Shown one piece after another: positions 18,186 through 35,261 of a stretch of DNA of 64,000 nucleotides (position 1 is its first letter; every line of letters begins with the position of its first letter). The notes below the pieces were generated by a model. It did no database searches. It saw nothing but the letters and a program-made list of their open reading frames with translations, and was not told the DNA's origin. The translations under genes and the position numbers were made by a program. The stretch is from assembly GCF_009914755.1 (NCBI RefSeq), contig NC_060931.1; one strand, 5' to 3'. Source of the DNA: the human T2T-CHM13v2.0 reference genome, Homo sapiens.

Positions 18186-18863
18186 TAGACCTGTTTTTCT
18201 GAATTAGAAATTTTATTTTCTATTCAATCTTTCTTTTACTCTACCACAAAGAAATAAGTTTTCTCTTTTGAAATAAATAACATTTGAAAAAATATGTTTG
18301 ATATGATCATGTTCATGTGGAAATGCATATTTATGTATGCATTTTAAAATTAAAGAATTTTTAAGAAAAGGATAGGCCTTAGAAGTGGGCACACAAAGTT
18401 GAAGACAGTGGTCTGTGAGTGAAGTTCTGAGTGTTTTCTATTTTCTGCCTTTTGCTTGTCTATGGTTCCTTTTCATTTTCCCACTAATTAACATACTTTG
18501 TTCTTGTAAAATGAAAAACACAACAGCAATATGTGAATGTGCCTACCATGCAAATATGTATAAAGTTTATGCTTTTGTAAGAGTGGCTTTTAAGGATAAA
18601 TAGATGAAATTACAAATAGAGATGAGGGAAAATATATCTTCTTACACTGTTTTATAGTTTTGCTTCTTAAAACTGTAGAGCTCATGCATCAAGTAGACTG
18701 GAAGGTCTTCTGATGCTCAAACTTGCTTATTTTCATCATCGATCCACTTCAGTAAGAGCAGATCTCAGAGAACAAATAAACTTTTCTATTCCCATATTCT
18801 CCTTCCTGCATACTAGTCCACTGTGTTTCTTGCCTGCCACTCTTCTCAGCTAGGTTTCTTTTT

Positions 18864-18980
18864 CATGAGCAAACAAGTATAGGTGGCTTTCCTTTTTCTT
18901 AATTAGCAATTTTATTTTCTATTCAATCTTTCTTTTTCTCTACCACAAAAGAATAAGATTTCTCTTTTGAAATAAATAAC
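18864..18980 (+). repeat. Second copy of a ~120-bp local duplication
   Basis: Matches 15356-15390 joined to 18194-18281. Confidence 0.85.
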
Positions 18981-19409
18981 TTTCTTTGCCTCATCTATTA
19001 ACTGGATGTGATACATTTATTTCATGAAGTTATCTTGGGTCCTTCAGGGAAGCCAGCTTTATTCAGAACAATCTGAATTATATGCATTGATAAACCAATC
19101 AGTTGTGATTCATCCAAGGTGACAGAATTTACGAGGGCTTCAAAGTGGCTATCACACTAAACTCTGGGCAATATTAATGTTGGGCTAACTGAAAATTATA
19201 ACTAGGACATTTCTTGAACTTATTTTCCTTTAGTACAGGCAGGTAAAATTGGTTCTCTTCGTTTTATAAATGTCATTCTTCAAATAAATCTGGTAGTACA
19301 AGATGACTTGCTTGCTTTCTGAATATTTTAATTATGGATTGTCGCTGGTAAGTTATTTAAGTTATTTTAATTGATCATATTGCTTTTAAAAATGAGACTT
19401 TAAAAATAT

Positions 19410-21140
19410 TTTTAATTTGTTCTCAATTTGGGGGGTACATACACAGGTTTGTTTCAAGGGTATGTTGTGTGATGCTGAGGTTTGGGCTTCACCCAGATAG
19501 TGAACCAAGTGCCAAATGGGAAGTTTTTAAAGCCTTGCCCCTCTCCCTTCCTCTCTCCTTTTAGAGTCCTCAGTGTCGATTGTTCCCATCTTTATGTATG
19601 TGTATAACCAAGATATAGCGCCCACTTATAAGTGAGAATGTGTGATATTTGATTTTCTATTTCTGTATTAATTCGCTTAGGATAATGACTTCTAGGTGCA
19701 TCTGTGTTGCTGCAAAGGACATGATATCATTCTTTTTTATGGCTGTGTAGTATTCCATGATGTATAAATACCACATTTTCTTTATCCAGTCCACTGTTGA
19801 TGGGCACCTACATTGATTCTCTGTCTTTGCTATTGTGAACAGTGCTGTAGTGAACATACAGTGCATGTGTCTTTTTGGTGGAATAATTTATATTCTGTTG
19901 GGTATGTAACCATAATGGGATTACTGAATTAAATGGTAGTTCTATTTTTAGTTCTTTGAGAAATCTTCAAACTGCCTTCCACAGTGGCTGAACTAATTTA
20001 CATTCCCACCAGCAGTGTATAGGCATTCCCTTTTCTCCATAGCCTTGCCAACATCTGTTAGTTTTTGACTTTTTAGTAATAGCCATTCTGACTGATGTGA
20101 GCTGCTATCTCACTGTGGTTTTAATTTGCATCTGTCTGATAATTAGTGATGTTGAGCATTTTTTCATGTTAGTTGGCTCCTTATATGTCTTCTTTTAAGG
20201 AGTGTCTGTTTATGTCTCTTGCCCACTTTTTAAATGAAGTGTTTTTTTTATTCTCATTGAGTTTAAGTTCCTTATAGATTCTGGATATTTGTCCTTTGTT
20301 GTACGCATAGCTTGTAAATATTTTCTCCCATTCTGTAGGTTGTCTGTTTACTCTGTTGATAGTTTCTTTTGCTGTGCAGAAGCTCTTTAGTTCAATTAGG
20401 TCCCGCTTGTCAAATTTTGCTTTTGTTGCAACTGCTTTTGGAGACTTTGTCATGAAATCTTTGCTAAGGCTTATGTCTAGAAAGGTATTTCTTAGATTTT
20501 TTCCTAGGGCTTATATAGTTTTAGGTCTTACATTTAAGTCTTTATTCCATTTTGAGTTATTTTTGTATATTATGAAAGAAGGGGTCCAGTTTCAATCTTC
20601 TGCAACGTTCTGTATATGGCTAGCCACTTATCCCAACACCATTTATCAAATAGGGTCTTCTTTTTCTATTGTATGTTATGTTCGACTTTGTTGAAGATCA
20701 GATGGTTTTAGGTGTGCAGCTTTATTTCTGGATTCTCTAGGTCTATGTGTCTCTTTTTGTACCAGCACCATGCTGTTCCGGCTACTGTAGCCTTGTAGTA
20801 TAGTTTGAAATTGGGTAGTGTGATGCCGCTGTTCTTTTAGCTTAGGATTCCTTTGGCTATTCAGGCTCTTTGTTGGTTCCATATGAATTTTAGAATAGTT
20901 TTTTCTAATTCTGTGCAAAATGACAGTGGTAGTTTGATTGTAATAGCATTGAATCTGTAAATTGGTTTGGGCAGTATGGCCTATATAACGATATTGATTC
21001 TTCTTATCTATGAGCATGGAATGTTTTTCTGTTTGTTTGTGTCATTTCTGATTTCTTTCAGCAGTGTTTTGTAATTCTTACTGCAGATCATTTACTTCCC
21101 CAGTTAGCTATATTCCTAGTTATTTTAATCTTTTTATGGG
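19410..21140 (-). mobile_element. 5'-truncated L1 (L1PA13-16-like)
   Basis: ORF2 remnants ([24 protein letters not shown]; WIKKMWYLYIMEYY); 3'UTR tgtgatgctgaggtttgggct. Confidence 0.88.
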
Positions 21141-22599
21141 TTACCAATTTTCTAGCAAAATGTTAAATATTAACTAATGAACATTAATCCTTTTTGAAAG
21201 ATATTTTTTCTAAAATATATTACTACGTATTTTACATTTTCCTACCATTGTAATTTTGATAATTTTGTCTGTTTCCTTTTTAAATCAAACATATAAATTA
21301 ACTTTATTGTTAAATATAGAAAATTCCTTATTGAATGACTATAATGATTATAAGCACACACGTAATTATGTTCTCTGAAACATTCTGCATAATTTACAAT
21401 GAACAATAACTCTTTAAAAAGTATTTCAGGTGATTGTATATAGGATCAAAGTCTTCTGCATTTACATAATGTCAAGGAGAAGTAGTTATTGGACATGTTC
21501 CAAAGAGCTAAACAGGTGGGTAATTGAACTATAACTGGTAAAGTATATTGCTTGGTCTTTTATGATACAAGTCCTTTCCATTCTGAGTTTTTAAATCCAC
21601 CCTCACCCCAAATTTTAGATATTAAAAAATTATTTCTACTATTGCCGTTTCACCTGCCATAAAAAATGCTCATTCTTAGCAATAGGTAAGTATATAATAT
21701 CTAAATAATTGAAAAAAAAGACTCAAATATTTTAATTGAGTCTATTCGCTATAGGTAGTCCATTCAGTGGTATAACTGAGAGGAACTCAGGATTTATTGC
21801 TCTGGGTAAGTAGGAAAAACTCTGAAAAATGTGGCTAATATTGAGTTTCAAATGGCTCTTGAAATTGCTCGTGATTATCCACAAAAGCATACACTGAGTT
21901 GATGTACGCTAAGGTAACAAGGTAAAGCGTTAAGGCAATGCTTTTTGAGTTGGTGTATCTGTTTGATTCTCATTTTTCCATATCCTCATATATAAAACGA
22001 GACAATAATAATGATCTATCAAGATTACTGGAAGGTGGTAAATAATGCATAGGAAACTGCCTGCCACATAACTCACAATTAGTATTAGCCTCTTCCCCTT
22101 GCATGATAAATATCAGTGGAATATCTACAGACTTTTTAATATGATGGAATTATTTTTCATTCATTCTGCAAATCTTTATTGAACAAGTCAGTCAGGGATT
22201 AGGCATGAAAGCAGAAGCCTCTCAATATATTCCAAGTATGAATATTTTCAATGCAGGGAATTAGAGGCTTACCCAGTTGTTAGAAGGCTGCAGAAACCAA
22301 CGTGAAGAAGGCTGTCAGCAACAATCTCAGCCTTTGCACTATGAGGTTCTCAAGAGCTTGCACAAAAGACCCCTGAAAGAACCTCTGGGAGATTCCCTCT
22401 GACCTCTCAGTCTGCAGGAGTGATGCAGGTGATTTTCAGGAAGCTCACCTGGAAACTGCCTCAAATCTTGTATCTTGGTCATGTGGCTGCAGCCGCTTCC
22501 AGAAAATAATGACCCCTTTCTCTTCCAAATCTTGTGCACGTGCTTCCCATTGCAATGGGTTTTTGGGAAATGTCATTCTCAGCTTCTCCTGCAGTGGAG

Positions 22600-22990
22600 A
22601 CCTTAGAGAGGGGTAGCAGTGATGCCAAGTTGACCCTAGGTAATCCAGCACACCAACTAAGTGCAGAGCCCTGTGCTCAATGTTGTGAGGAATACAATGG
22701 TAACTCATATGTGGATCTTGTTTCCATCCTGCTCCCAATGGGAAAGGGAGGATAAAACATGTAAATAAAACCAGTAGTCCAAGGCAGAAGACTCAGGTGG
22801 AGGCAGAGGCAGGAACAACGCTGGGCAAATTGGTGAAAGAAAGATGTTTTTCAGTCAGGGAAGGGAGAATCAGGGAAGGCTTCATGGAATAGGTGGACTG
22901 TGGATTCAACTTGGAAGAACCAGTAAGTTTGGGGTATAAGTAAATATGGAAAAGCAGGGAATTCCAGGAACATGAAAACATTACGAAGAG
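22600..22990 (-). mobile_element. L2 fragment
   Basis: ccctgtgctcaatgttgtgaggaatacaatgg...cagggaaggcttcatggaataggtg. Confidence 0.55.
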
Positions 22991-24259
22991 AAACACAGAA
23001 ATAGAAAAGAGTGTAGTGGGTTTTGAGAATATTATTAAATGGAAGAAAAGTATTATTGAAAAGGAATAAAATGGAGGGGATATCCCGAAAAGTAGTTATT
23101 ATTTAATCAGAAGATACTATTGCCAAATATGAGTTTGAAATCTCTTTAATAGGAAATGGGGAGGAATTTAAGGTTTTGAGAGTATCATGATTCACTTGTC
23201 CCATGAGGATGACTCCTTACCACAATTCTATTATGCCTGTATTACTCCTGCAATACCTCCACTAGACGCTACTACATATTCTGGATGTGTGCAAATTCAG
23301 TACGCACAACTATACTTAGGCACCCTCTTAATCCTCCATTTAATAGGTTGATAGAAGAAATTGAAGCTCAGAAAAATAATGGAACTTCCCACGACCACAC
23401 AGTTGATGGAACTGGAATTTGAGGCTAGTACTTTCTGATTCCAAAGCTAAAATTATTTCCACTACAAGTTTCTATACCAAACCTTCCCCCATCCTACCAC
23501 CGGCAGCCCCACCAAATTAAAATAAAAATCCCCTCAGCTGCTTTTTACTCCCTTTTTCTAACTGTATAGATCTTATTCTGAATCCTGAGAAATAGTCAGG
23601 GGGTAGTAAGTTTGATCTCCAGTTGAAGATCAAACTTACAATCTTGGTTTCTCTTCATATACATATTACAGTACAAATATTATGAAGTTTTACATAATAA
23701 GAGAAGATTCTGAAAGTTGTTTTTCATCCAACCTAATTTCAAGGAAACTCAGTCAGCAAATGTTCTGATAATGCAAATACTCTCAACCCATGTCCTTCAG
23801 GCATGAAAATGGTTCTGGGTTAAAGGTGACTATTCTGCTTAGTAGATCATATAACAAATCTTAAAAAAATCACTTCGTTTTTACTTATACATGCATTACA
23901 ATACAATCATCATGTTTAAGATGAACTCATGTCTTGTCTTGTCAAAGTTTACAATTTCAAACTGTGACCCCAAACATACCCAGCCCATGTTTCTGACCTT
24001 ACTCATCAATATTTGCATTCTTATTCTTGGCTGTTTCAACTCTGTGCCACGGGTTTCTCTGCCTAAAATTCTCATCTCCATATATCCAAATTCTACTCAT
24101 TCTTTAAACCCCAATATAAATTCCATTTTCTGATGAAGTCTTTGTTCATCAGTCGCCCATTATTACCCCGCTAAATTTTCTTTCCTCTGACAATCCCATA
24201 ACACTTTATCTGAATCACTCCTAGTGATGTCGAGTCACATTTTAATTAGTTATTTTCAT

Positions 24260-24932
24260 TTTTTATTTGTATACATTTGAGGAGTACAAGTGCAATTTTG
24301 TTACATGGTGTATTAGTCAGGGTTCTCTAGAAGGACAGAACTAATAGGACAGATGTCTATATAAAAGGGAATTTATTAAGGAGTATTGACTCACGCCATC
24401 ACAAGGTGAGGTCCCACAATAGACTGTCTGCAAGCTGAGGAGCAAGGAAGCCAGTCCGAGTCCCAAAGCTGAAGAACTTGGAGTCTGATGTTCAAGGGCA
24501 AGAAGCATCCAGAGTGGGAGAAAGTTGTAGGCTTGGAAACTAAGCCAGTCTAGTCTTTTCACGTTCTTCTGCCTGCTTGTATTCTGGTCATGCTGGCAGC
24601 TGATTAGTTGGTGCCCATCCAGATTGAGGGTGGGTCTGCTTTTCCCAGTTCACTGACTCAAATGTTAATCTCCTTTGGCAACACCCTCACAGACACACCC
24701 GGGAACAATACTTTGCACCCTTCAATCCAATCAAGTTGACACTTAATATTAACCATCACGCATGGATATATTGCTCAGTGAAGTCTGGGTTTTTAGTGGG
24801 TCCATCACCTGAATAATGCACATTGTATCCAAAAGGTGATTTCTCATCTCCCACCCTCCCCGAACCTCCCACCCTTCTGAGTCGCCAATGACTATTATTC
24901 CACACTGTGTGTCCATGTGTACACATTAGTTT
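24260..24932 (-). mobile_element. L1PB4/L1MA-like 3' end interrupted by MLT2 LTR
   Basis: gtacaagtgcaattttgttacatgg|atatattgc resumes after the LTR. Confidence 0.75.
24309..24760 (-). mobile_element. MLT2A-like (ERVL) solo LTR
   Basis: tgtattagtcagggttctctaga...caagttgacacttaatattaaccatcac; 5-bp TSD catgg at 24304-24308 and 24761-24765. Confidence 0.88.
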
Positions 24933-25359
24933 ACATTTTAATTATTAATGTATAGTCATGCACCACATGATGCTTCCATCAACAATGAACCTCGTATACC
25001 ATGGTCCTAATAGTCCTGAGGTACTGCACTGTCCCTTATGGTTATTTTTTACACACAGATCAGGGCTGTGGTGCAGGTATAAATAAGGGACTTAGTGTGA
25101 AGGTGTTTATGGATAAGAGTTTGAAACAGAGTTTGATAGAACAGAAATTGATCAGAGCCTTTTATTTTTCATAACTAAGGTTAAACTCCCTAAGGGAATT
25201 ACCACATATGTCATAAAGCTTTAAATTTGCTGCCTAACGTTAGCAGTATACCATGAATTCTTGTAAAGAATAAAATTATGCTTGCTTCTTTAATTCCATT
25301 CTGTAACTCAGACTCTTACTTTGTCAGTCTACACATGCCTACAATTAGAATGAATAAAT

Positions 25360-25930
<571 letters not shown>

Positions 25931-26030
25931 AATCATACTGGATTTGAAGTCCTTCAGAAACAAAAGCAACTCAAAACAGGTAATCAAACAATTCCGACTA
26001 CTGCTGCAATCATAAAAGCAGAAAACTTTC

Positions 26031-26399
<369 letters not shown>

Positions 26400-26613
26400 T
26401 TAAAGTGAATTCTAATATAAAGTTGGACAATATATTTTATTCTCATATATGTGATAGTTACCATTTTATAATTTCAGTAATGTGACTTCTTCATCACAAG
26501 TATTGCTTTTTAGTTGATGGATATGAAAATGTGTGAGAAAAATCCCCAAACCTCTGAATCTGTAAAATGCAACGTGGAGCTTATCATCATAATGAAATAT
26601 GTCCATACAACCA

Positions 26614-26753
26614 AAGATAGTCCTCAACTTATGATTTTGTTACTTTCCAATGGGTTTATCAGGGTATTAAATGCATTTTCAACTTATGATAGTTTTTTAT
26701 TTGCAACAGGTTTATTGGGATGTAACCCCACTGTAAGTCAAGGAACATCTGTA
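26614..26753. mobile_element. Tigger4/MER46-like MITE
   Basis: Termini agatagtcctcaacttatgat / gtaagtcaaggaacatctg-TA. Confidence 0.65.
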
Positions 26754-26809
26754 TAATTATTTTGTTATAAATATGTAAATACCAGAATGTGGAAGACTAT
26801 ATAGCTAAA

Positions 26810-27010
26810 TAATATTAACCTTTATTGAGTGTTTACCAGGGGCCACATTCTGTACTAAATGTTCTGATTGTGTCATCTCGCCTGATTCTCATGATATCGT
26901 GATGAGATCAGTCTATTACCCTGATTTTAGAAATGAGGTTGAAGACATTAACTTGTGTATATGAAGTTTCCGAGGAGATAAGCAGTGGGACCAGGATCTG
27001 AGTATGTGTG
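26810..27010. mobile_element. MIR SINE
   Basis: tttattgagtgtttaccagg...attttagaaatgagg. Confidence 0.6.
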
Positions 27011-28394
27011 GGCCCCAGCTCAGCAACGTAATGATGCAAAACCACGGCAAACAGTCCAATCCAAAATGAGAACATGAAACCATGTCCCTGGTGGTCCTCA
27101 ATCTCCATGTCTGTCAGAATTGCTTGTGGAGCAGTACAAACCAAACAAAAACTTCCATGCAGGTCTGTCTATTTTTGTAGATTCTTATTCTTTAGGACTG
27201 AGGTGATATCCAGGCCTCTAGAATTTTAAATTTTAACAAAGGTGATTCTGATGCACAATCAGAATGAAGAACCACTACGTTCTGTACATTCTGCATAGTG
27301 TCTGTAGAGATGTAGAAACATTTCTTTTTAATTACATGAATGCTACGTGAAATTTTCATTGAAAGATTCAAACAATGTAGAGGTATACAGAGCAAAACAA
27401 ATATAGACACATTTCCATTCTATCATATACATTGTTATTCTGTTTCAGGTATTTCTAGCATGCGTTCTTATTAATGCACTGATTACATCAGTTCTTTTGA
27501 TCTAAGGGTCAGATTAAAATGTAAGATGAGATTTTGGCCAAAACAGATCGCACATTTCTATTGGTGGATTTTGTATTGCTGTGTATCTTGTCTTCCATAA
27601 ATCAATGTCATTATCTTCCATATTCAAAAGTTCCTGCTGATTGTGCAGGTACACACACAAGGCTGTGGAGTCGGTTGTGTGACTCACAGTAGGTGCCTTC
27701 ATAATTTGTTCCCTGCTTAGTCATTCTTGGCAGGAGCTGTCACTGTTTGCAGCTCTGCCTCTTTTTTCCCATGGACTACATGGCCATTTGGCTTAAAATA
27801 ATTCAACTTTTATCTGACTGCTTTAAGATATCTTGATCCATCTGCCAGGCGTCTCCCAGCCTTTCCTGCTGAGGAGCTCATTTGGATTTTTCTGGAACTT
27901 GTGTTCTTTCCTAATCCTGGGACTGGGGATAAAGAGAATGGGGTTCATTGACAAAGTCACCCACAAGGGAATTCTGACTGTACTGGAGTCTAATTCAGGC
28001 AGCCGCCTGCCATACCATCTTCCTTGCGAGATTCCCCAGCACTGTGGGGAAGGGAGTGAGCCAACTTAGAGACTGCAGCCAGCTTAGAGACTGATCCTGT
28101 AAGGGTTCAAGAACAGCCAGTGGATCACTATTGACTTACTAGTCCATCCGAGTTCAGTGGCTTTTGGTCTCTTATAATTATTTCTTTCTACTCTAAAGAA
28201 GGTTCTTTGGAACCACTTTATAGTGTCTCTTTAATCAGTCAGATCTGATCAACAAAACAAACCTCGTTAAGTCATTCCAAGAAGTTATGAAGATACTGAA
28301 AAGTGCTATTATCTCCAAAATAAGGTAGAAAAACAGAATAAGGGAGAATTTCCATACCCCATCCAGAATCTCACAGTGTACAGATCTTTCATGC

Positions 28395-29562
<1,168 letters not shown>

Positions 29563-29987
29563 TATAAAGCATTTAGAGGACATCTCTGTAATTCTCCAAA
29601 ATAGCACAATGCCTAGAAACACACTAGCATTTTGGATTATATAAAGTAGGCAGCCCTGAAGGTTGAGTGCAGCAATATTCTCTCTATATGATTTCCAGAA
29701 AGACATGTTAATAGGGCTTTCACATGCTGTAGATTTCCAACAACACCTGAAGGAAACTTCTCCCTCATGGATACCAGCCCCATTCTCTTTATTGCCTCAA
29801 CCAATCTCCTTGGACTTCTACCTCATTCATTTACACCAACTACCCAATTATCTTAGCAATATATTCATTCTGAAACTTAATCCAAAGATTTTAGTAAATA
29901 TCCATTAGTCAGTTTCCAATGTAAAAAATATAAGCTTTTACCTTAAGGTAAAAAGGTTTTATTTGGGAATTATATATAGGAAGGATT

Positions 29988-30240
29988 AGCCGGGAGTGGT
30001 GTCTCACGCCTGTAATCCAAGCACTTTGGGAGGCCGAGGCGGGCAGATCACCTGAGATCAGGAGTTCAAGACCAGCCTGGCCAACATAGTTTACCCTGTC
30101 TCTACTAAATATACAAAAATTAGTCAGGTGTGGTGGCAGGCTCCTGTAATCCCAGCTGCTTGAGAGGCTGAGTCAGGAGAAAGAATCTCTTGAACCTGGG
30201 AGGTGGAGGTTGCAGTGGGCTGAGATAAAAAAAAAAAAAA
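29988..30240 (+). mobile_element. Alu lacking the last ~46 nt but with poly-A
   Basis: ...gggctgagat directly followed by A14; flanks aaggatt. Confidence 0.88.
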
Positions 30241-30755
30241 GGATTGCAATCTGGTACATACATACCTACAAACTAGGGTGACTTTTGGTATGTCTGAAAA
30301 ACAAGAAAAGATTAGAATTTATTGGGGAAAGAGAAGGTTACACAACTTGTTTTGGAAAAAAGCTTATTGGCACCCGGAGTGTCTTACAAGAATTGGCTGA
30401 GCATAACTATGTACTAAGCACTGTGCTATTCTAATATTGGGTATTATTGTAACAAGACTTAAGGTAAATTTTCCATTGGATTAAAAACATACAAAGCAAA
30501 TTATTTATATTGGTAGACACTATATGCCTATATGTGTACTTAGATAAACTTATGTATATTAATAAGCAAAATCTAATATTAGGACAATTTTTAAACCATA
30601 TTTTAAGAAGTGCATTTTTTGTCATTGAAAAATGTCAAAGAACAAAATAAGACACACTTCTATAACCTCATCTGGATTCATTAAGCAGTAACATTTATGC
30701 CATACCTGATATCTCTTCCCCTATTTCCTCCAACCCCCTCGCTCTCTCTCCATAT

Positions 30756-30756
<1 letters not shown>

Positions 30757-30800
<44 letters not shown>
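30757..30800. repeat. (CA)n microsatellite
   Basis: Read directly. Confidence 0.95.
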
Positions 30801-30805
<5 letters not shown>

Positions 30806-30938
30806 ATAGACAGAAATTCCCTTTTCTCAACTGTCCAAAAATTAGGCTGCAGACATCAGGACACTTCATTCCTAAGTATTTCAGTTCTCAAGAACAGGAC
30901 ATTCTTCTACAGAACCACAGTACCAGTACCACACCTTA

Positions 30939-31162
<224 letters not shown>

Positions 31163-31555
31163 TCAATTGTTCCATTATGTCCTTTATTGTTAGATTTGTT
31201 TTTTAATCCAGGATCCAATCAAGGTTGATAAATTACACTTGGCTGCTGTATATGTTCAGACTCCTCATATTTTGATTTGTACCATTGCTTCCCTGGTTTA
31301 TAATAATAAAGTCTTTGAAGAGACCTGCAGAACACCCCATATTCAGATTTTTTTCCTCGTCGTTAGGCTCAATTTGAACATTTCTGGCAAGAACACCTTG
31401 TAGGTGATGCTATTTCCCTCCCACTGCATAAGTTCAGGAGGCAGAACGTCAGGCTATTCCACTAGCAGCAATGTCAAGCTCAACCACTTGGATAATATGG
31501 TGAACTCTCTATTATAAAGATGTATTTTGTCCTTTTGCAATTAATAAGTTATCTG

Positions 31556-31862
<307 letters not shown>

Positions 31863-31917
31863 TTAAAACAGCAAGAGTATTCTGTTCCCCCAGAACTTGT
31901 AACCTAATGATTTAAGC

Positions 31918-31960
<43 letters not shown>

Positions 31961-31989
31961 ATCTATCTATCATCATCTATCTATCTATC
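31918..31989. repeat. Compound (TATC)n / GATA tetranucleotide STR
   Basis: Read directly. Confidence 0.95.
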
Positions 31990-32002
31990 CATACATACAT
32001 AT

Positions 32003-32155
32003 ATTTTTCGAGACAGTGTTTCACTCTGTTGCCCAGGCTGGAGTGCAGTGGCACATCATAGCTCTCTGTAGCTTCAAACTCCTGGGCTCAAGTGATCTTC
32101 TCTTTTTGCCTTCCCAAAGCACTGGGATTACAGGCATGAGCCACTGCACCCAGCC
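32003..32155 (-). mobile_element. Monomeric Alu (FAM-like or recombined AluJ)
   Basis: Single ~150-bp monomer; flanks taagcat. Confidence 0.75.
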
Positions 32156-32286
32156 CTAAGCATTTATTTTTAATGACTCAAATCAAGTTTTACATTGGAG
32201 GTTAAAAAATAATTTTCTCATTCTATCAGTCCTTTTATATTTATTAGTGGATGAAATAAATATGCTTTAATAAACACTGAATAACC

Positions 32287-32381
32287 AGCCAGGTGTGGTG
32301 ACTCATGCCTGTAATCCCAGTATTTTGGGAGGCCAAGGCAGGAGGATCACTTGAGGCCAGGAGTTTGAGATCAGCCTCTGG

Positions 32382-32413
<32 letters not shown>

Positions 32414-32496
32414 ATATATATATATATATTATATTATATATATTTATATGTTATATATATACATTTATATATAAAAATCTTTCTCTATATATATAA
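32287..32496 (+). mobile_element. Alu left-arm fragment followed by (CT)n(TA)n low-complexity tract
   Basis: Alu 5' ~90 bp then dinucleotide repeats. Confidence 0.8.
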
Positions 32497-33180
32497 ATTT
32501 AAAAATAAACACTGAATGAAATGACAAAATTTCATCAACTAAGCAAAGTGATAAAAATTTTATCACCAGGCCTTAGGACTTATGAAATTCTGATCTCCAG
32601 CCGTTCAACTAGTCTCTCCAAGTTCAAAGGTAGATAATGGCATCCAAAAGTGCCTGGGATACCTCAGGATTTCAGTTCATTTCCAACTACACCACACCCT
32701 GAGCCAATCACTTAAGCCAAGTACTTTCACACATCAATTTGAGTGTTACCACCTCTAGGAAGTCGGTCCTCATTAGCCCCAGGTAGAGACAGTTGCTCTC
32801 ATTTGTGCCCAAGCCATCCACAAAGCTCTGTCAGGGCATCTCTGACACTTCATTGCACATAATTACTGTTGAGTTTACTTCCCTCCTCTGGAGAAGCCAA
32901 GGGAGAATAAGAATCTTGTCTTACTGGTTTTCTCACCCATAGCATCTAGGATGATGTTTAACTGACGTTGAATTCACAGACATACTCTATATCATCTAAG
33001 AAAACCCCTGACGGTAAAGTGGGATGTATGTCATTTGTTTGTTTTATGCAGAGAAAAATTCAGAGAGGTTATTTTCAGAGGTCTGATTTTGTATCTACCC
33101 AAGAATAAATCCCAATGATGCTCATTCAGTAGTTTAGGGATTTCCAGGAATAGGAAAACATCCCACATGTTCTGTCATAA

Positions 33181-33539
<359 letters not shown>

Positions 33540-34276
33540 TGATTATTAAAGCTATTATTTGGTAACAGAAACAGAGACAAGGAAAGACTACATAACTTGA
33601 CTCCACCATATACTCTTAGAACATAAAGGGGCCAGGATTTCCTTGGACAGTCCACAGCATGGGCTTGAACACTTTCATAATAGAGCCTTCATCTTGTTTT
33701 GGTGCAGACCGAGTATCAGGCCTGAGAAAGAAGAACCGCTTAAAGAGGAATTGTTAGTCTCCTCATTTACGGGAGGAAATCCATCTCAAAGGGGGATCAG
33801 GTAACTTCCCAAGTAATGGCTAGTAACTAGTAAAACTAGGGTTCTGAACCCAGATGACCTGACTCCACAGGTAGAGGTCTTCATGGTTGATCCACTGCCT
33901 CTTTAAATTCCCCTTTCAAAGTCCAAGAGCACCTTCTTTCTTATAATTAGACTTTACAGAGGAAGGGAAATCCGCAGTTGTGCCAAGGCTAACACCAGCT
34001 ACCATTTATTGAGCACGGACTATGTTCCAGGAAGTGTTCTGAGTATTTTAAGCATGTTACCACATTTCTTCCCCACTTTCAGCCTGTAAAGTAGATGTTG
34101 CTCTAAGCATAAAAGATTCTTCCTTAATTCTCACAACCAACATTGTTATGAAAATCATGGAGGTTTTAACTCAGAAGTATAACTCTTTTATGAAAATGTG
34201 CACAGAATAAGCAATACAGTAGAGAAAGACTCACAACTGTAACATTCCGGATAAGAAAGAGAATTCTGGACTTTCA

Positions 34277-34565
34277 TTTTTTTTTTTGAGACAAGGTCTT
34301 GCTCTATTGCCCAAACTGGAATGCAGTGTCATGATCATAGTTCACTGAGCATTGACCTCCCTGGCTTGAGCAATCCTCCCACCTCAGCCTTCCAAATAGC
34401 TGGGACCACAGGCGCCATCCCCACACCCAGCTAACTGTATTATTAGTAGAGATGGGCCTTCACCATGTTGCCCAGACTAGTCTTGAACTCCTAGGTTCAA
34501 ATGATCTGCTCGCCTCAGCCTCTGAAAGTGTTAGAATTACTGGTATGTGCCACTATGCCTGGCCT
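34277..34565 (-). mobile_element. Alu SINE (AluJ-like)
   Basis: Diverged reverse-complement dimer. Confidence 0.88.
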
Positions 34566-34579
34566 GGGCATCTTTTTAC

Positions 34580-34955
34580 TATGAAAACAGCAAAAAGATC
34601 AGTGGTTGCCAGGGGTTCAGGGGGGTAGAGGGAGAGATGGACGGGTGGAACACAAGGGATTTATAGGGCAGTGAAGCCATTCTGTATAATACTGCCATAG
34701 TGGATGCATGTCATTATACATTTGTCAAAACCTATAGAAGGTACAATGCAAAGAGTGAACCCTAATGTAAACTGTGGACTTTAGTTAATAATAGTATATT
34801 AATATTGGCTCATCAATTGTAACAGACATACCGACTAATGCAAGATGTTAATAATAGTGGAAAATGGGGGTGGGAATGTGTATGGGAACTCTATGTACTT
34901 TCCACTCATTTTTCTGTAAATCTAAAACTGCACCAAAAATTGCCTATTAATTAAA
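34580..34955 (+). mobile_element. L1MC1/2-like 3' end
   Basis: aaagatcagtggttgccagggg...agagtgaaccctaatgtaaact. Confidence 0.8.
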
Positions 34956-34967
34956 AATACATATCTA

Positions 34968-35261
<294 letters not shown>

